From assembly GCA_016927855.1 (NCBI GenBank), contig JAFGLV010000163.1, forward strand, positions 1 to 56,901: DNA of 56,901 bases, given 5' to 3'. The position numbers were made by a program, and so were the translations under genes. This document shows positions 1 to 10,600 of this stretch, in pieces; position 1 is the stretch's first letter, and each line of letters starts with the position of its first letter. The notes beneath the pieces are model-generated. The model worked only from the letters and a program-made list of their open reading frames with translations, searched no databases and had not been told where the DNA came from. This DNA comes from Sedimentisphaerales bacterium. GTDB lineage: Bacteria > Planctomycetota > Phycisphaerae > Sedimentisphaerales > Anaerobacaceae.

Positions 1-591
1 CTGATGGGTATGCGCGTGTCCTTGAATTTGATCTTTGTGCTGATGCTTCATTTTCTGCCACGGAGCATAAGTGGTTTCTTAGGATTACCAGTCCTCTGGA
101 TCCTCCACAGCGCGATCAATTTCTTGGGTCAGCCCATGGGGATGGTTTCAGGCAAAACAGAATTCGCAACCCCACAAAGTGATACGCTTTGCGTGGAGAG
201 AAAGTTGAAAACATGGAGACATGGATTGTGTTGTACATGGTTACCCTCTATATACTATGCAGCAGGCCGGCGCTCAAGCAAAAAAGGGCTCCGGGCAGCA
301 AGGTCCGGGCGCCCCGCACAACTTGGCAGGGACGCCTCGCTACGAGAAGGTCCGTCTGCCTGGCAGTCAAGGCGTGGGTAGCCACACCTTCGAGCTGAAT
401 GGCGAGAGCTACCGCTTTCGCGAGTCGGTCAAGAAGAGGAAGCAGGCACAGAGATGTTCCCCTTGACGGCACCACAGCAGGGAATATGGTACGCCTCAGG
501 TGGGCCCAAATTCGGCGCCGAGGTGGGCCCCTTTTACATGCCGATTCCCAGTTGCTGGGGGCCGGGAACAGCAGATCTTCGATCCACTGCA

Positions 592-1023
592 CTACCTGCC
601 CTTGCCGTCCGGTCGTAGAATCGAGGCCCCGGTGCCGAAGTCCACCTGTGCCTGCTCGCCCGGCAGCACTTCCAGCCGGCGAAACGGCAGCGGGCGGCCC
701 TGATCCAGACGTTGGAGGAACCGGCGAACGCTGGAGTAGCTGGCGCTAAAGCCGTGCCCGGCCACCAGGTCCTGGTAGATCCGTTGGCCGGTCAAGCCCT
801 GCCTGAGTTTGTCCTCAACGATCGCACGAAACGGCTCACAGAGGCTCTCAGGCCCCGAACGCTTGTCCGGGCACGATGGCGCAGAAACCTCTGACCCGGG
901 GATCGGGTTCGTGGCTGGTTTTGCCTCCGCCGGCGGCGAATGGACATATCGGGCCACCGTCTCGCGGTCGACCCCCAGCTTGCTGGCGATCCTTCGCTGG
1001 GACCAGTCCAACCGATGGAGCAT
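592..1023 (-). pseudogene. istA: IS21-family transposase IstA, N-terminal ~143 aa only (truncated by stop after ...EVLPGEQAQVDFGTG)
   Basis: ORF 592..1257(-). From the internal Met (MLHRLDWSQRRIASKLGVDRETVARYV…) it shows the typical IstA N-terminal HTH. Full-length IstA is ~400-500 aa, so this is a fragment. Confidence 0.6.
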
Positions 1024-1089
1024 CAATATCGCATGCGCAACTGTGAAGGGCGGAGTGAAAGTGCAGCGCCTGGCGGACCAAAACTGTGA

Positions 1090-1473
1090 CACCCTTATGC
1101 GGTCAAGTTCTTCACGGCCTCGCGGCTGGTCAACACATACCTCGAGGCCCGCCAAGAACGAACGATCTTGAAGCTCGAGAAGAACATCCGACGTTGTGGT
1201 CTGATCATCGTCGATGAACTCGGCTATATCCCGCTGGATCGTATGGGGGCTGAGCATCTGTTCGGCTTCTTCAGCCAGTGCTACGAGCAGACGAGCTTGA
1301 TTGTGACGACGAACCTGCCGTTCGCGGATTGGCCGCAGGTGTTTGCCGATGACGAGCGGCTCGCTGGGGCGTTACTGGACCGGCTGACGCACCACGTGCA
1401 CATCCTGGAGATCGTCGCCGACAGCTACCGGCTCAAGTCCAGCCTCGCCAAAGGCAAGGACGAACCGCAGTAG
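1090..1473 (+). pseudogene. istB: IS21-family helper ATPase IstB, C-terminal fragment (frame opens after stop at 1087; no Walker A region present)
   Basis: In-frame translation …FTASRLVNTYLEARQERTILKLEKNIRRCGLIIVDELGYIPLDRMGAEHLFGFF…VTTNLPFADWPQVF…LLDRLTHHVHILE matches the IstB C-terminal half. Confidence 0.6.
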
Positions 1474-1486
1474 AGATTATAGGACC

Positions 1487-1506
1487 GTCCACCCTTAAGG
1501 GTGGAC
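1487..1506. repeat. Perfect 20-bp palindrome GTCCACCCTTAAGGGTGGAC immediately downstream of the istB' stop
   Basis: Read directly from the sequence. Could be a terminator-like hairpin or a transposase binding site. Confidence 0.6.
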
Positions 1507-1560
1507 CTGGAGGATCTTGTTGACAGCGTCCTATCCGGCGCCATTGTTTGTGACTCAGGT

Positions 1561-1607
1561 GGCCCCCTTTTAGGCGCTTCTCCTGGCCCCCCATTGGGCG
1601 CTTTTCA
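1561..1607 (+). repeat. Two ~22-nt imperfect direct repeats (GGCCCCCTTTTAGGCGCTTCTC / GGCCCCCCATTGGGCGCTTTTC) ending ...CACCA; resemble the multiple terminal repeats of an IS21 right end
   Basis: Read directly. Secretin-coding sequence resumes in frame immediately afterwards (~1608). Confidence 0.4.
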
Positions 1608-1742
1608 CCACTGGTCGCGCTGGCTGAGGAGCTTGAGACGGTACCCATTACCATCGACGCCGAGCCACAAGGTGCTCTGACCGGTTCGTCGGGAGGAGGC
1701 GTCTCGCCGGCAGTTCTTCAGCCGCAAAGACCCAGGCCACCT

Positions 1743-3608
1743 GTGAGCGGGCAGTCGGCACGCCAGCCTACTATCTATCTCGATGCCGATGAAAGAACGA
1801 ACCGCATCCTGATGATAGGATACGAAGAGCAGTTGAACGTCGTCGAGAGACTGGTAGATGCACTGGACGTGGCTCCGAGGAGTCTGCAACGCCTTGAGGT
1901 TTACCCGATCAGGTACGTCAAAGCCGAGGTCGTGAAGAAGACACTGGAAGAACTCGAAGGTACCGGCCAGTCTACCGAGGCCGCACGCGTGGCGCCCCGA
2001 GCGACACCCGCCAGCGCGGGGACTCCGGAAACAACGGGTTGGGTGTTCAGTGTCGATCGCGGGCTGGTTGAGCAGCCCCGGGTAGTCGTCCCAGAGGGTG
2101 TGAATGCGTTGCTAGTTGACGCTACACCCGAGCAACACATCCGAGTTGCAGCGATTATCAACCGCGTTGATGTCGCGCCCCAAGACCCGAAGACGCTCAG
2201 GACGTATCAGATCAAGTATACAGACGCCGAAGAGGCAGAGACGAAACTGGTCCAGTTGGGGATCATCTCTCAAGGCACTCAGCCTCGTCCGGCCGTGCCG
2301 GACCCCGCCAGGGTCGGGCAACCGGATTCGGTGAGGGTTATGACTTCGGGCGTGTCTGAAGGACCTCAGGCCGTGGTCGTGGAGTCGACCAACTGCTTGG
2401 TTGTGAGCGCAACCGAATCCCAGCATGTGCTAATAGCCGGTGCCATTGAACAAATCGACCGCAGGGCAAATGAGAACGATATTCCATACAGGATCTACCC
2501 GCTGGAGAATTCGTCGCCCGAGCATCTGGCGGAGATTCTGGAAAGCCTGATTCAAGAGAAGACGCAGGACGAGCAGGACAAGATCTCCGAGGTGGCCAGG
2601 AGCGCGGAACGCATCACGATTGTGCCAGACCCCAATACCTATTCGTTGATCGTATACGCCAGCATGAAGAACCAGGAGTGGATATCGACTCTGGTCCAAC
2701 AATTGGACAAACGTCGACCGCAGGTTCTCATCGATGTGACACTGGTGGAAATAACCGAAACCGAGGCCTTCACAAGTGATCTTGATCTGATTCAGAGTCG
2801 CCCTGATCTTGCCAGTACGTCAGACATATCGGGGACAGACCCGAGTCTGACGGGGAGACTCCTTCAGTCAAGCAGCGGGCTACTTAGAGGCTTCTACGGC
2901 GATCGCCATATCCAGGCCCTCTTGCAGACCGTGCAGTCAAAGAGCTACGGACGGGTACTCGCAAAAACCAAGATCTTGGTCAATGACAATGAAGCGGGTA
3001 CCATCAAGACCACGGATACCACGTACGTTGAGAAGAAGTCGTCGGTGCCAATTACGTCCGGGGGAGCAGGCAACCAGCAGAACCTGATTGAGACGGCGGT
3101 AGACTACGAGCCATACGAAGCGGGTATTACTCTGGATATTACGCCTCACATCAGTGAAGGGGAGTTGCTTCGCTTGGACATTGCGTTGACTCGGTCTGAC
3201 TTCCTGGAGACAGCCGATAGTGCAAAGCCACCGAATACGACGGCAAGCGAAGTCCACACCGCCGTAACAGTACCCGATGGCAGCACCATAATCCTTGGCG
3301 GCTTGCTGAAACTCAACCAGGCCAAAGGAGGCACAAAGACTCCGCTCCTGGGCGACGTTCCGCTCATAGGAGGGTTATTTCGTGGGATCAGCAACTCGGA
3401 CCGACAGAGCAAGTTGTATGTCTTCGTCAAAGCCGAAGTCATTCGTCCCACGGGGACCACCGCCAAGGGAATGGAGCAGTTAGATGCTCTGTCAGAGAGG
3501 AGCCGCACCGCATTTGAGAGCCATGAGGAGAGCTTCCAGAGTTATCAAGACTGGCCAGGGATCAAGCCAAGACGTGTGGAACCCGAAAAGGTGCTTGAAG
3601 CGCAGTAA
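1743..3608 (+). CDS. GspD/PilQ-family secretin (type II secretion / type IV pilus outer-membrane channel); N-terminus missing. The frame is open upstream to ~1554 and abuts the IS21 end, with no signal peptide or N0 domain, so the gene is probably disrupted by the IS
   Basis: C-terminal secretin domain signature …GGLLKLNQAKGGTKTPLLGDVPLIGGLFRGISNSDRQSKLYVFVKAEVIRP, preceded by repeated secretin N-domain-like modules (…IYLDADERTNRILMIGYEEQLNVVERLVDALD…). The ORF starts with GTG directly after the IS remnants. Confidence 0.8.
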   Translation: MSGQSARQPTIYLDADERTNRILMIGYEEQLNVVERLVDALDVAPRSLQRLEVYPIRYVKAEVVKKTLEELEGTGQSTEAARVAPRATPASAGTPETTGWVFSVDRGLVEQPRVVVPEGVNALLVDATPEQHIRVAAIINRVDVAPQDPKTLRTYQIKYTDAEEAETKLVQLGIISQGTQPRPAVPDPARVGQPDSVRVMTSGVSEGPQAVVVESTNCLVVSATESQHVLIAGAIEQIDRRANENDIPYRIYPLENSSPEHLAEILESLIQEKTQDEQDKISEVARSAERITIVPDPNTYSLIVYASMKNQEWISTLVQQLDKRRPQVLIDVTLVEITETEAFTSDLDLIQSRPDLASTSDISGTDPSLTGRLLQSSSGLLRGFYGDRHIQALLQTVQSKSYGRVLAKTKILVNDNEAGTIKTTDTTYVEKKSSVPITSGGAGNQQNLIETAVDYEPYEAGITLDITPHISEGELLRLDIALTRSDFLETADSAKPPNTTASEVHTAVTVPDGSTIILGGLLKLNQAKGGTKTPLLGDVPLIGGLFRGISNSDRQSKLYVFVKAEVIRPTGTTAKGMEQLDALSERSRTAFESHEESFQSYQDWPGIKPRRVEPEKVLEAQ

Positions 3609-3900
3609 CCGCAGGTTGCAGAGATAGAAGGAAGATTCTCGAGGCCAGTCGGTCGTAACCGGCCACGCTGTGTGAGCCTCCGCGCCGACGCTGCTCCCCT
3701 GATAGGGACGGGGAGGACAAGCTCTTGCCGCCGCTGTCCCTCCGCCCGTGGGGTAGCCCTCCGACGAGAACCAGGTGTCCGGGTCCTGGCTGGCCCCGCC
3801 CCTTTACTTGGAGACCATCTTCACAATTGCAGTCCGCAGTTCGGGTGAGATCTCGGGCCAGCGGTCGACGACAGCCTTGAGGTCTGCGTCAATTTCTGAT

Positions 3901-3960
3901 TCAAAAAACAAGCCACAAACAAGCCTCTGACTCTCTGCCGAATCAGGCTTGTTTCTGGCT
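3901..3960 (-). terminator. Rho-independent terminator-like hairpin plus U-tract downstream of the tRNA (- strand)
   Basis: On the - strand: AAACAAGCCTGA-TTCGGCAGAGAG-TCAGAGGCTTGTTT (stem with a 2-nt bulge), followed by GGCTTGTTTTTTG. Confidence 0.4.
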
Positions 3961-3994
3961 TTCGTAAGTGCTGTGCTTCCAGCACTTTGAAAAA

Positions 3995-4068
3995 CGAGGC
4001 CGAAGGGACTCGAACCCTCAACCTTCGGATCGACAGTCCGATGCTCTAACCAATTGAGCTACGGCCCC
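3995..4068 (-). tRNA. tRNA-Asp (anticodon GTC), 74 nt, CCA not encoded
   Basis: Reverse complement GGGGCCGTAGCTCAATTGGTTAGAGCATCGGACTGTCGATCCGAAGGTTGAGGGTTCGAGTCCCTTCGGCCTCG. It folds as 7-bp acceptor, D-arm GCTC/GAGC, anticodon stem TCGGA/TCCGA with loop CTGTCGA (GTC at positions 34-36), T-arm GAGGG-TTCGAGT-CCCTT, discriminator G. Confidence 0.75.
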
Positions 4069-4443
4069 AGATCTTGCAGAAATTCCAACTATAGCGATTC
4101 CGTGGCATCGCTGTCAACGGCTTTCGCGTCGAAATCGGACAAATTCTTGCCCCCGACCCGCGCCAGCAGTCCCGGCAACACAGAGGCAGGGGGCGTCGTG
4201 CGGCAGCCGCCTTGCGTCAAGCGGATGGAGAGGGAGCCGTCTTGACATGTTCCCGCCTGGGGCAGGGAGATTCGTGACAGAAACCACTTGCTTTCTGGGG
4301 CAGATTCCTCAAACTGGAGGGTTGAGCATCCGTCTCTGGAGGAGGGCCGTGCCGAGAGGTGCCTCGCTGTGTGTCTGCCTGCGGGCCGGACTGTCGGTCC
4401 TCGGTGACGGGATGTGTCTACGTTCGTTTGGAGTGCCTGGAAG

Positions 4444-5913
4444 ATGAAGGTCGTAGTGGCTGTCGGGTGGCGAGTGTCAGTCTTGGTTGCGGTGTCGGTC
4501 GTTGTAAGTGGTTGCATGATGGGTCCCGACTACTCCCGGCCGCAGACACCAGCCGATACCGCACACGGTTTCGTGAACGCTCCACCCCAGCCGGCGGAGG
4601 TCAATGAGGTCACCACGTATGACCAGTGGTGGGAGCGATTCGGCGACGCTGTGACCGCCGAACTGGTGCGCGAAGCACTGGCCAACAACTATGACCTCAA
4701 AGCTGCCGCGGCGCGCGTGCTTCAGTCGCAAGAGGCGCTGGCGCAGGCACGTGGACAGCTTTGGCCCGACGTTTCGTATGACATCTCGCGGCTCCGCAGC
4801 AAGCAATACTTCAACGTCGACCTCCCCGGCTTCCCCCCGGGGGGATTCAACTTCCTGAATACGACGTGGACCCAGGGGTTCAACGTTTCATACATGGTGG
4901 ACTTCTGGGGGCAACTGCGGCGCTCGGAGAAGGCGGCTTGGGCCGACCTGCTGGCGGCCGAGTTCAACCGACAGGCACTCATCAACTCGGTCGTCGCGAC
5001 AGTGATCGAGGCTAGGACGAATATCGCGGCGATACAGAACCGTCTGGCGATCGTCAGAGCCAGCACCGAGAGCCGAGTCCGGACGGTAGAGATTACTGAG
5101 CGGCGCTACGAAGCAGGGCTCGTCAGTCCGGTCGATGCGAAGCTGGCTCGCGCCGCGTTGGAAGGCGCACGAGCGCAGGAGCCGGCGCTCGAGCTGTCCC
5201 TGGTGACGGCGCGGCACGCCTTAGATGTGCTGCTCGCGCGTGCGCCGGGTACCTCGGCGAGCCTGCCGGAGACGCTCGACGATCTACCGAGCCTGGAGCC
5301 GGTCCCGGCGGGTATGCCGGCGGCGCTGATCGAGCGCAGACCCGACGTGAGAGCGGCGGAGTTCTCCCTGCGGGCGGCTAACGAGCGCATCGGCGCCAGC
5401 ATCGCTCAACTGTATCCGGGACTTGTTCTCAGCGCCAGCTACGGATCCAGCAGTGACGCGTGGGCGGACCTCTGGCAGGGTTTCTCGGAGACCTATTCAG
5501 CGCTGTTCACCCTGACCCAACCGGTCTTCCAGGGGGGACGGCTGCGCGCCCAGGTGCGCGCCGCCAAGGCGGCCTACGAGGCGCAGGCCGCCGATTACGG
5601 CAATACCGTCCTTACGGCGATGCGCGAGGTGGAGGATGCGCTGGTGAGCGAGAAGTACCTGCGAGCGCAACTGGAGCACGCCGAGCGCCAACTGGCGGAA
5701 TCCCGCGAGGCCGAGACGCTCTCACGTCGTCGCTACGACCAAGGCGTCGAAGGTATTCTGACGGTGCTCGAATCCGAGCGCCAGCGCTTAGTGGCCGAGG
5801 AACAGGTCGCGATGCTCAGAGGGCAGATTTGGAGCACGCGCGTCAGCCTGCACCTGGCCTTGGGAGGGGACTGGGCCGAAGCGAGCCCGACTCGGGAAGT
5901 TGCCAGGCGGTGA
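4444..5913 (+). CDS. Outer-membrane efflux lipoprotein, NodT/OprM/TolC family; outer-membrane factor of an RND-type efflux system
   Basis: Signal peptide with lipobox …VVSGCMMGP. Family-typical N-terminal region (TTYDQWWERFGD…LANNYDLKAAAARVLQSQEAL…) and two coiled/barrel repeats. No adjacent RND or membrane-fusion genes, so it is an orphan. The ORF track offers an alternative start at 4414. Confidence 0.85.
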   Translation: MKVVVAVGWRVSVLVAVSVVVSGCMMGPDYSRPQTPADTAHGFVNAPPQPAEVNEVTTYDQWWERFGDAVTAELVREALANNYDLKAAAARVLQSQEALAQARGQLWPDVSYDISRLRSKQYFNVDLPGFPPGGFNFLNTTWTQGFNVSYMVDFWGQLRRSEKAAWADLLAAEFNRQALINSVVATVIEARTNIAAIQNRLAIVRASTESRVRTVEITERRYEAGLVSPVDAKLARAALEGARAQEPALELSLVTARHALDVLLARAPGTSASLPETLDDLPSLEPVPAGMPAALIERRPDVRAAEFSLRAANERIGASIAQLYPGLVLSASYGSSSDAWADLWQGFSETYSALFTLTQPVFQGGRLRAQVRAAKAAYEAQAADYGNTVLTAMREVEDALVSEKYLRAQLEHAERQLAESREAETLSRRRYDQGVEGILTVLESERQRLVAEEQVAMLRGQIWSTRVSLHLALGGDWAEASPTREVARR

Positions 5914-6187
5914 GAATTCGGACGGTCTGCTTGGATGTGCTCATAGCATTTGTCGGACCGAAGGATTTTCCTGGCAACCGGCTGGCCGGCAAGCCATAAT
6001 GGAAGCGATCTTGACCGGTGAACGAAAGCGGCGGGATATGAGTGCACGACCGACTGCTATTTCACGTCCAAGTACGATCTTACGCCGGGGGGCTGAGACG
6101 TCCACGCGGCCTGCCCAATCCCGCTGTATGCCAACGGATGGCGGTTGACGTCTGTCCTTCTGCGACTCTTTTAGGAGCGGTACAGCC

Positions 6188-6943
6188 ATGGAGACTACCG
6201 CGAAATACCGACCCAATATCGAAGTGGCCGCCGACGGCGAGGACCTGGCGCATCGCGCGGCCGACCTTTTCGTCTGGACGGCCCGCGAGGCGATCGAGGC
6301 CAGAGGCCGGTTCTACGCGGCTCTGTCCGGCGGGCGCACGCCCAGGCGGTCCTTTGAAGTCCTCGCGTCCAGTCCGGCGGCGCGGGTGCTTCCCTGGGAG
6401 AAGATCGACATATTCTGGGTGGACGAGCGTTACGTCCCACCCGATTCGCCTGAGAGCAACTATCGACTGGCGGCTGAGGCATTGCTGAAGAAAGTGCCGA
6501 TCCCGCCGGACAACGTGCATAGGATTCCCACCGAGCACGAGGATATCGGAGCCGCCGCTCGGGCCTACGAAGAGACGATCCGCGACGTGCTCGCTCTCAA
6601 GGGCAACGAGATGCCGCAGTTCGATCTGATCGTGCTCGGGATGGGAGCGGACGGCCACACGGGTTCGCTGCTGCCGAATTCCTATGCACCACTTGACACC
6701 GACGACCTGGCCTGTGCCGTCTACACGGGAGGCGAGATGCTCAACCGTATTACCCTGACGCATCCCGTGATGCAGGCCGCGCGCCACCTGGCGGTGCTGG
6801 TCTCCGGCGCCGATAAGGCTCAGACCCTGAAGGAGGTGTTCACCGAGGAGCCTGACGAAGTCCGCTTCCCGATCCACCTGCTCTGGCCGGTGCTGGACAA
6901 AATCCTCTGGTTGGTGGACCGCGCTGCCGCTCAAGGAATTTGA
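6188..6943 (+). CDS. pgl: 6-phosphogluconolactonase
   Basis: Motifs ALSGGRTP…, IDIFWVDERYVPPDSPESNY…, and FDLIVLGMGADGHTGSLLP are characteristic of Pgl in the NagB/RpiA superfamily. Confidence 0.9.
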   Translation: METTAKYRPNIEVAADGEDLAHRAADLFVWTAREAIEARGRFYAALSGGRTPRRSFEVLASSPAARVLPWEKIDIFWVDERYVPPDSPESNYRLAAEALLKKVPIPPDNVHRIPTEHEDIGAAARAYEETIRDVLALKGNEMPQFDLIVLGMGADGHTGSLLPNSYAPLDTDDLACAVYTGGEMLNRITLTHPVMQAARHLAVLVSGADKAQTLKEVFTEEPDEVRFPIHLLWPVLDKILWLVDRAAAQGI

Positions 6944-6993
6944 TTCGGACCGGCGCAGATCGGCCTTGTCTCCTCGTCGTTCCGCGCACGGGA

Positions 6994-7494
6994 TCAGTCG
7001 GGGATGGTCAGTTTGGTGCCAGGCGTGATCTTATTGGCGTCCTTGATGACGTCGCGATTAGCCTGGAGGATTTTCTGCCAGCGGTTGGGGGTCCCGTAGT
7101 ACTGCTGAGAGATCGACGACAAGGTTTCGTCCTTCTGCACGATGTGGAATTTTGTCGTCCTGATCTTCTCCGCCTGCTCGTAAACCGTCAGGTCCGGGAC
7201 GTTGGCCCCAGTGGTGACAGAGGGCAGTGACTCGATCGATCCGGGCGACGGCACACGCGACGTTGCGGGTTCGGCGGGGACCAAGTCCGGCAGCAGGTTC
7301 TCTCGCGCCGGTTGGCTTTCCCGTGGGGGTCGGGCAATCGTCCCGGACGGAGAAGACGCTTCTCGAGATGCGTTCTGCGGCGTTCTAAGCAGCCGAGCCT
7401 GGGGACTCAGACTCGGTCGCGTCGCCACCCAGATCAGGGCGGCAATCACGAGGACGAGTCCGCCGATCAGTCCGATTCTGAAGTCCTTGCCCAC
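6994..7494 (-). CDS. LysM-domain membrane-anchored protein (N-terminal TM segment, Pro/Ser-rich linker, C-terminal LysM)
   Basis: C-terminus …HIVQKDETLSSISQQYYGTPNRWQKILQANRDVIKDANKITPGTKLTIP is a canonical LysM fold motif. N-terminus GLIGGLVLVIAALIWV is hydrophobic. Confidence 0.75.
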   Translation of the reverse strand: MGKDFRIGLIGGLVLVIAALIWVATRPSLSPQARLLRTPQNASREASSPSGTIARPPRESQPARENLLPDLVPAEPATSRVPSPGSIESLPSVTTGANVPDLTVYEQAEKIRTTKFHIVQKDETLSSISQQYYGTPNRWQKILQANRDVIKDANKITPGTKLTIPD

Positions 7495-7603
7495 TTGCGA
7501 AACCGCCGCAGCTTGCAGGACAGGGGACCATGGGAACGCACCGCGCGGGACACACCCTTCATGTCCCGCACCGCCTTCGTCGCAAGCCTGCCCCTCCTGC
7601 GAG

Positions 7604-10600
7604 TTACGATTTCTGTTTGCCTTGCTGAGCTTTCATGCCGAACAGCAGCAGCGGCGACGCGATCGCGATGGACGAATACGTACCGATGACGACGCCAAAG
7701 CCGATGGCGAAGGTGAAGCCTCGCAGGCCGGGACCGCCCCAGATGTACATCACCAGCACCACGATGAACGTCGTGAACGATGTCATGATGGTTCGCGATA
7801 GCGTCTGGTTGATGCTGTTCGTGATCGTCTGCGGCGTCAGTTGAGCCTTGTGCCGGTTCTCGCGAATCCGGTCGAACACGACGATCGTATCGTTGAGCGA
7901 GTAACCGATCAGCGTCAGCAGCGCCGCGATCATCGCCAGGTTGATCTTGAAGTCGCCGATTAGCAGGAACGAACCGATCGGAGTGGTCGCGATGTAGGCG
8001 CAGGCGGTCACCGCGCCCAGGGTAATGATCACATCGTGGACGAGAGCGACAATGGCTGCCACGCCGTAGCGGAAGTTGCCGAATCGCACCCAGACATATC
8101 CGACAATGGCCGACAACGACAGGAAGATCGCAATCAGAGCACGCGTCTTCTGCTCGGAACCGACGGACGGATCGATCTGAGTGACGCGCGGCAGTGTCGC
8201 CTCGAGTTGCGTTGCCGCCAGGACACGGCTCTTCTCATTGGCGACGAAACGATCCCATTCCTCCTCGGTCAGCTCGCGCAGGCCAGCTTCCGGCTCAGTG
8301 CTGACGTACACGAAGCTCTCGAGCGGCTGGTTGGCGTCGACGGGCTTGAGGTCGGGACCGAACAGAGCGTATGGATACCACGTGAGACCCTGCGTGTCAG
8401 GCTTGAACCGCAACTCCTTGAGGCGGCTGTCGATCTCGTCCAGCGACGCCGGCGTCCCCAGACGGACTTCGATCTGGATGCCGCCGATGTACTGGGCCAA
8501 CTCGGGATACGTGTCGACTTGTGCGTCGGTGATCCGCGTTTGCGCGACGATGACGGGTTCGAGGTTCTGTTGAATCTCCAGTTGCCCCTCGAATGCCTCT
8601 CGCACCGCGTTGCTGACGACCTCGTCGATCTCGGGTTCAGCCACCTGGGCGGTGGGGAAAGCCTTCTCGAGGATGTTCCTCATCACCGAAGGATTGACGC
8701 GAGTCGTCGAGACGACGAAGGAGTCGGCTCCGCCGGCGGCGGGGCCGACGCTCAGGTTGCTCAGATCCCGGTTGGACTCCGCCTGAGCCTCCCGGATAGC
8801 GGCGGTCATGCTGTCGATGCTCTGGGCCGCTCCGGGTGAGAAAGTGACAACCGCGCGGGTCATGTTGGTGGCCGTCGTGGTGATCTCGTATTGGCCGAAA
8901 GTGCTCTCGCCGCTCGACGTCGTGCCGGTGGGCTCACCCAGGCTGTATACGTTGGCGGCCTGGAGGGCGGGATTGCCCAGCTCCTGGCCCTTCAGGATGA
9001 TCCGGTCCTCGACGTCCTGGCGCGTGAGCGCCACATCGGGCTTGAGATTGATCTGAACGCTGGTGCCGCCGGTGAACTCGATGTCGTACTTGTTGTTCTC
9101 GGCATCGTCACGGGTGAAGAAGACCAGCAGGCCGAGGACGATCAGCGCGCCCGAGATGGCCAGGAACACCTTTCGCAACCCCATCCAGTTGATGTTGGGC
9201 TCGCGGATGAGGCGGAGCATCTTGATCTGGTCTTTGATGACGCGTTTCGAGACGAGGAAGTCGAAGACGACGCGAGTGACGAAAAGGGCGGTGAACATAC
9301 TCGAAGCGATGCCGAGCATCAGCACGATGGCGAAGCCCTTGATCTCTTCCGACGCGACGTAGTACAAGATGGCGGCGGTGATGAACGTCGTCAGGTTCGA
9401 GTCGAAGATAGCGCGGAAGGCTCTTTGATAGCCGTTCTTGATGGCGACGGCGAGGCCCGAGCCCTTCTGCTGCTCTTCACGAATTCTCTCGAAGATCAGC
9501 ACGTTCGCGTCCACGCTCATGCCGATCGTCAGGATGATACCGGCGATCCCGGGCAGGGTGAAGGTGGCTCGCAGTCCGGCCATGATGGCCAGGACGAACA
9601 GGATGTTCAATACGAGCGCGACGTCGGCAATCGCTCCGGCGCGGATGTAGTAGCCCAACATGACGGCCATCACCACGATCAGGCCGATGATCCCGGCAGT
9701 GATGCCCTGGTCGCGGTTCTCGGCGCCGATGGACGGGCCGATCGTCTTCTCGGAGATGGGCTGCTCGATGAGCCGGCCGGGCAGGGAGCCGGCGTTGAGC
9801 TTATTGACCATGTCGTTGACTTGTTGCTGAGTGAACGAGCCGGTGATGAGGCCTTCGCTACCGATGGGCCGTTCGGGGTTGATTTCCGGAGCCGAAATGG
9901 CGATTTTGTCGAGCAGGATACACAGGGGACGTCCCGGATTGCGCTGGGTCAGATTCCAGAAGAGCGAGCCCCCTTTGTCGTCGAGGCGGAAGGCGATGGC
10001 CCGCCGTCCCGTGGTGTCCGTGGAGGGGTTTGCCTTCTCCAGCGACCAGTCGGGACTGCCAGCCTCGTGCAGCATCGTTTCATTGGGCTGATTGCTGGCC
10101 AGCACGTAGTACTTGTCCCCGAAAGGCGCCACGACGGCGCCCTCGACAGCCCACTCTTCGATGTTCTCGATCTCGCACCAGACGTGGTTGTTGTCCAGCC
10201 GATAGCCGGGCCCTTTCTCCATTAGGGTTTGGACGTAGCGTTCCATCTCGACGGTGCTCAACTCCGAGCGCTCCTGCGTGGGCAGGATGCGGAATTCCAG
10301 GATGCCGGCGCCCTTGAGCATGCGCTGAAGGTCGCGCGGGTCGTCGAGCTGGCCTTGGAAGGGACTATAGGCATCAAAGGCCTCGACGACGCGGTCAATT
10401 TCGGCAACGCGATCGGGGAACTGCGCCTTGAGTGCCTCCAAGCGCTCGGTGCGCTGCGCCGAATTCGCGCGAAGCTGAAGGGCATAGGTGATCTGGTCCT
10501 GGGTGAGGTTGAGCTGATCGAGGTGCCGCTTGGCCTCCTCATACCGGTCGTTCAGGCCGCCGGCGCGGGTCAGCCGGTCGAGGACGTCAACCTGCTGTTT

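Larger units (their letters stand above)
592..1610. mobile_element. Remnants of IS21-family insertion sequence(s): istA N-terminal fragment on the - strand, istB C-terminal fragment on the + strand, then a terminal palindrome and direct repeats; element right end near 1610
   Basis: Translated fragments match IstA (HTH plus start of the integrase core, ...LPGEQAQVDFG) and IstB (…LIIVDELGYIPLD…FFSQCYE…SLIVTTNLPFADWPQVF…LLDRLTHHVHILEI). The two fragments are in opposite orientation, so this is a scrambled or nested remnant rather than an intact IS. GC content is lower in 1-600. Confidence 0.55.

Noticed and set aside
3821-4021. 66-aa - strand ORF
   Set aside because: Overlaps the tRNA-Asp gene and its terminator; no coding features.
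8891-10225. 444-aa + strand ORF (and several other 80-270-aa ORFs) inside secDF on the opposite strand
   Set aside because: Low-complexity Asp/Gly/Arg-rich translation typical of antisense frames in high-GC DNA. Fully embedded in the well-supported secDF gene.
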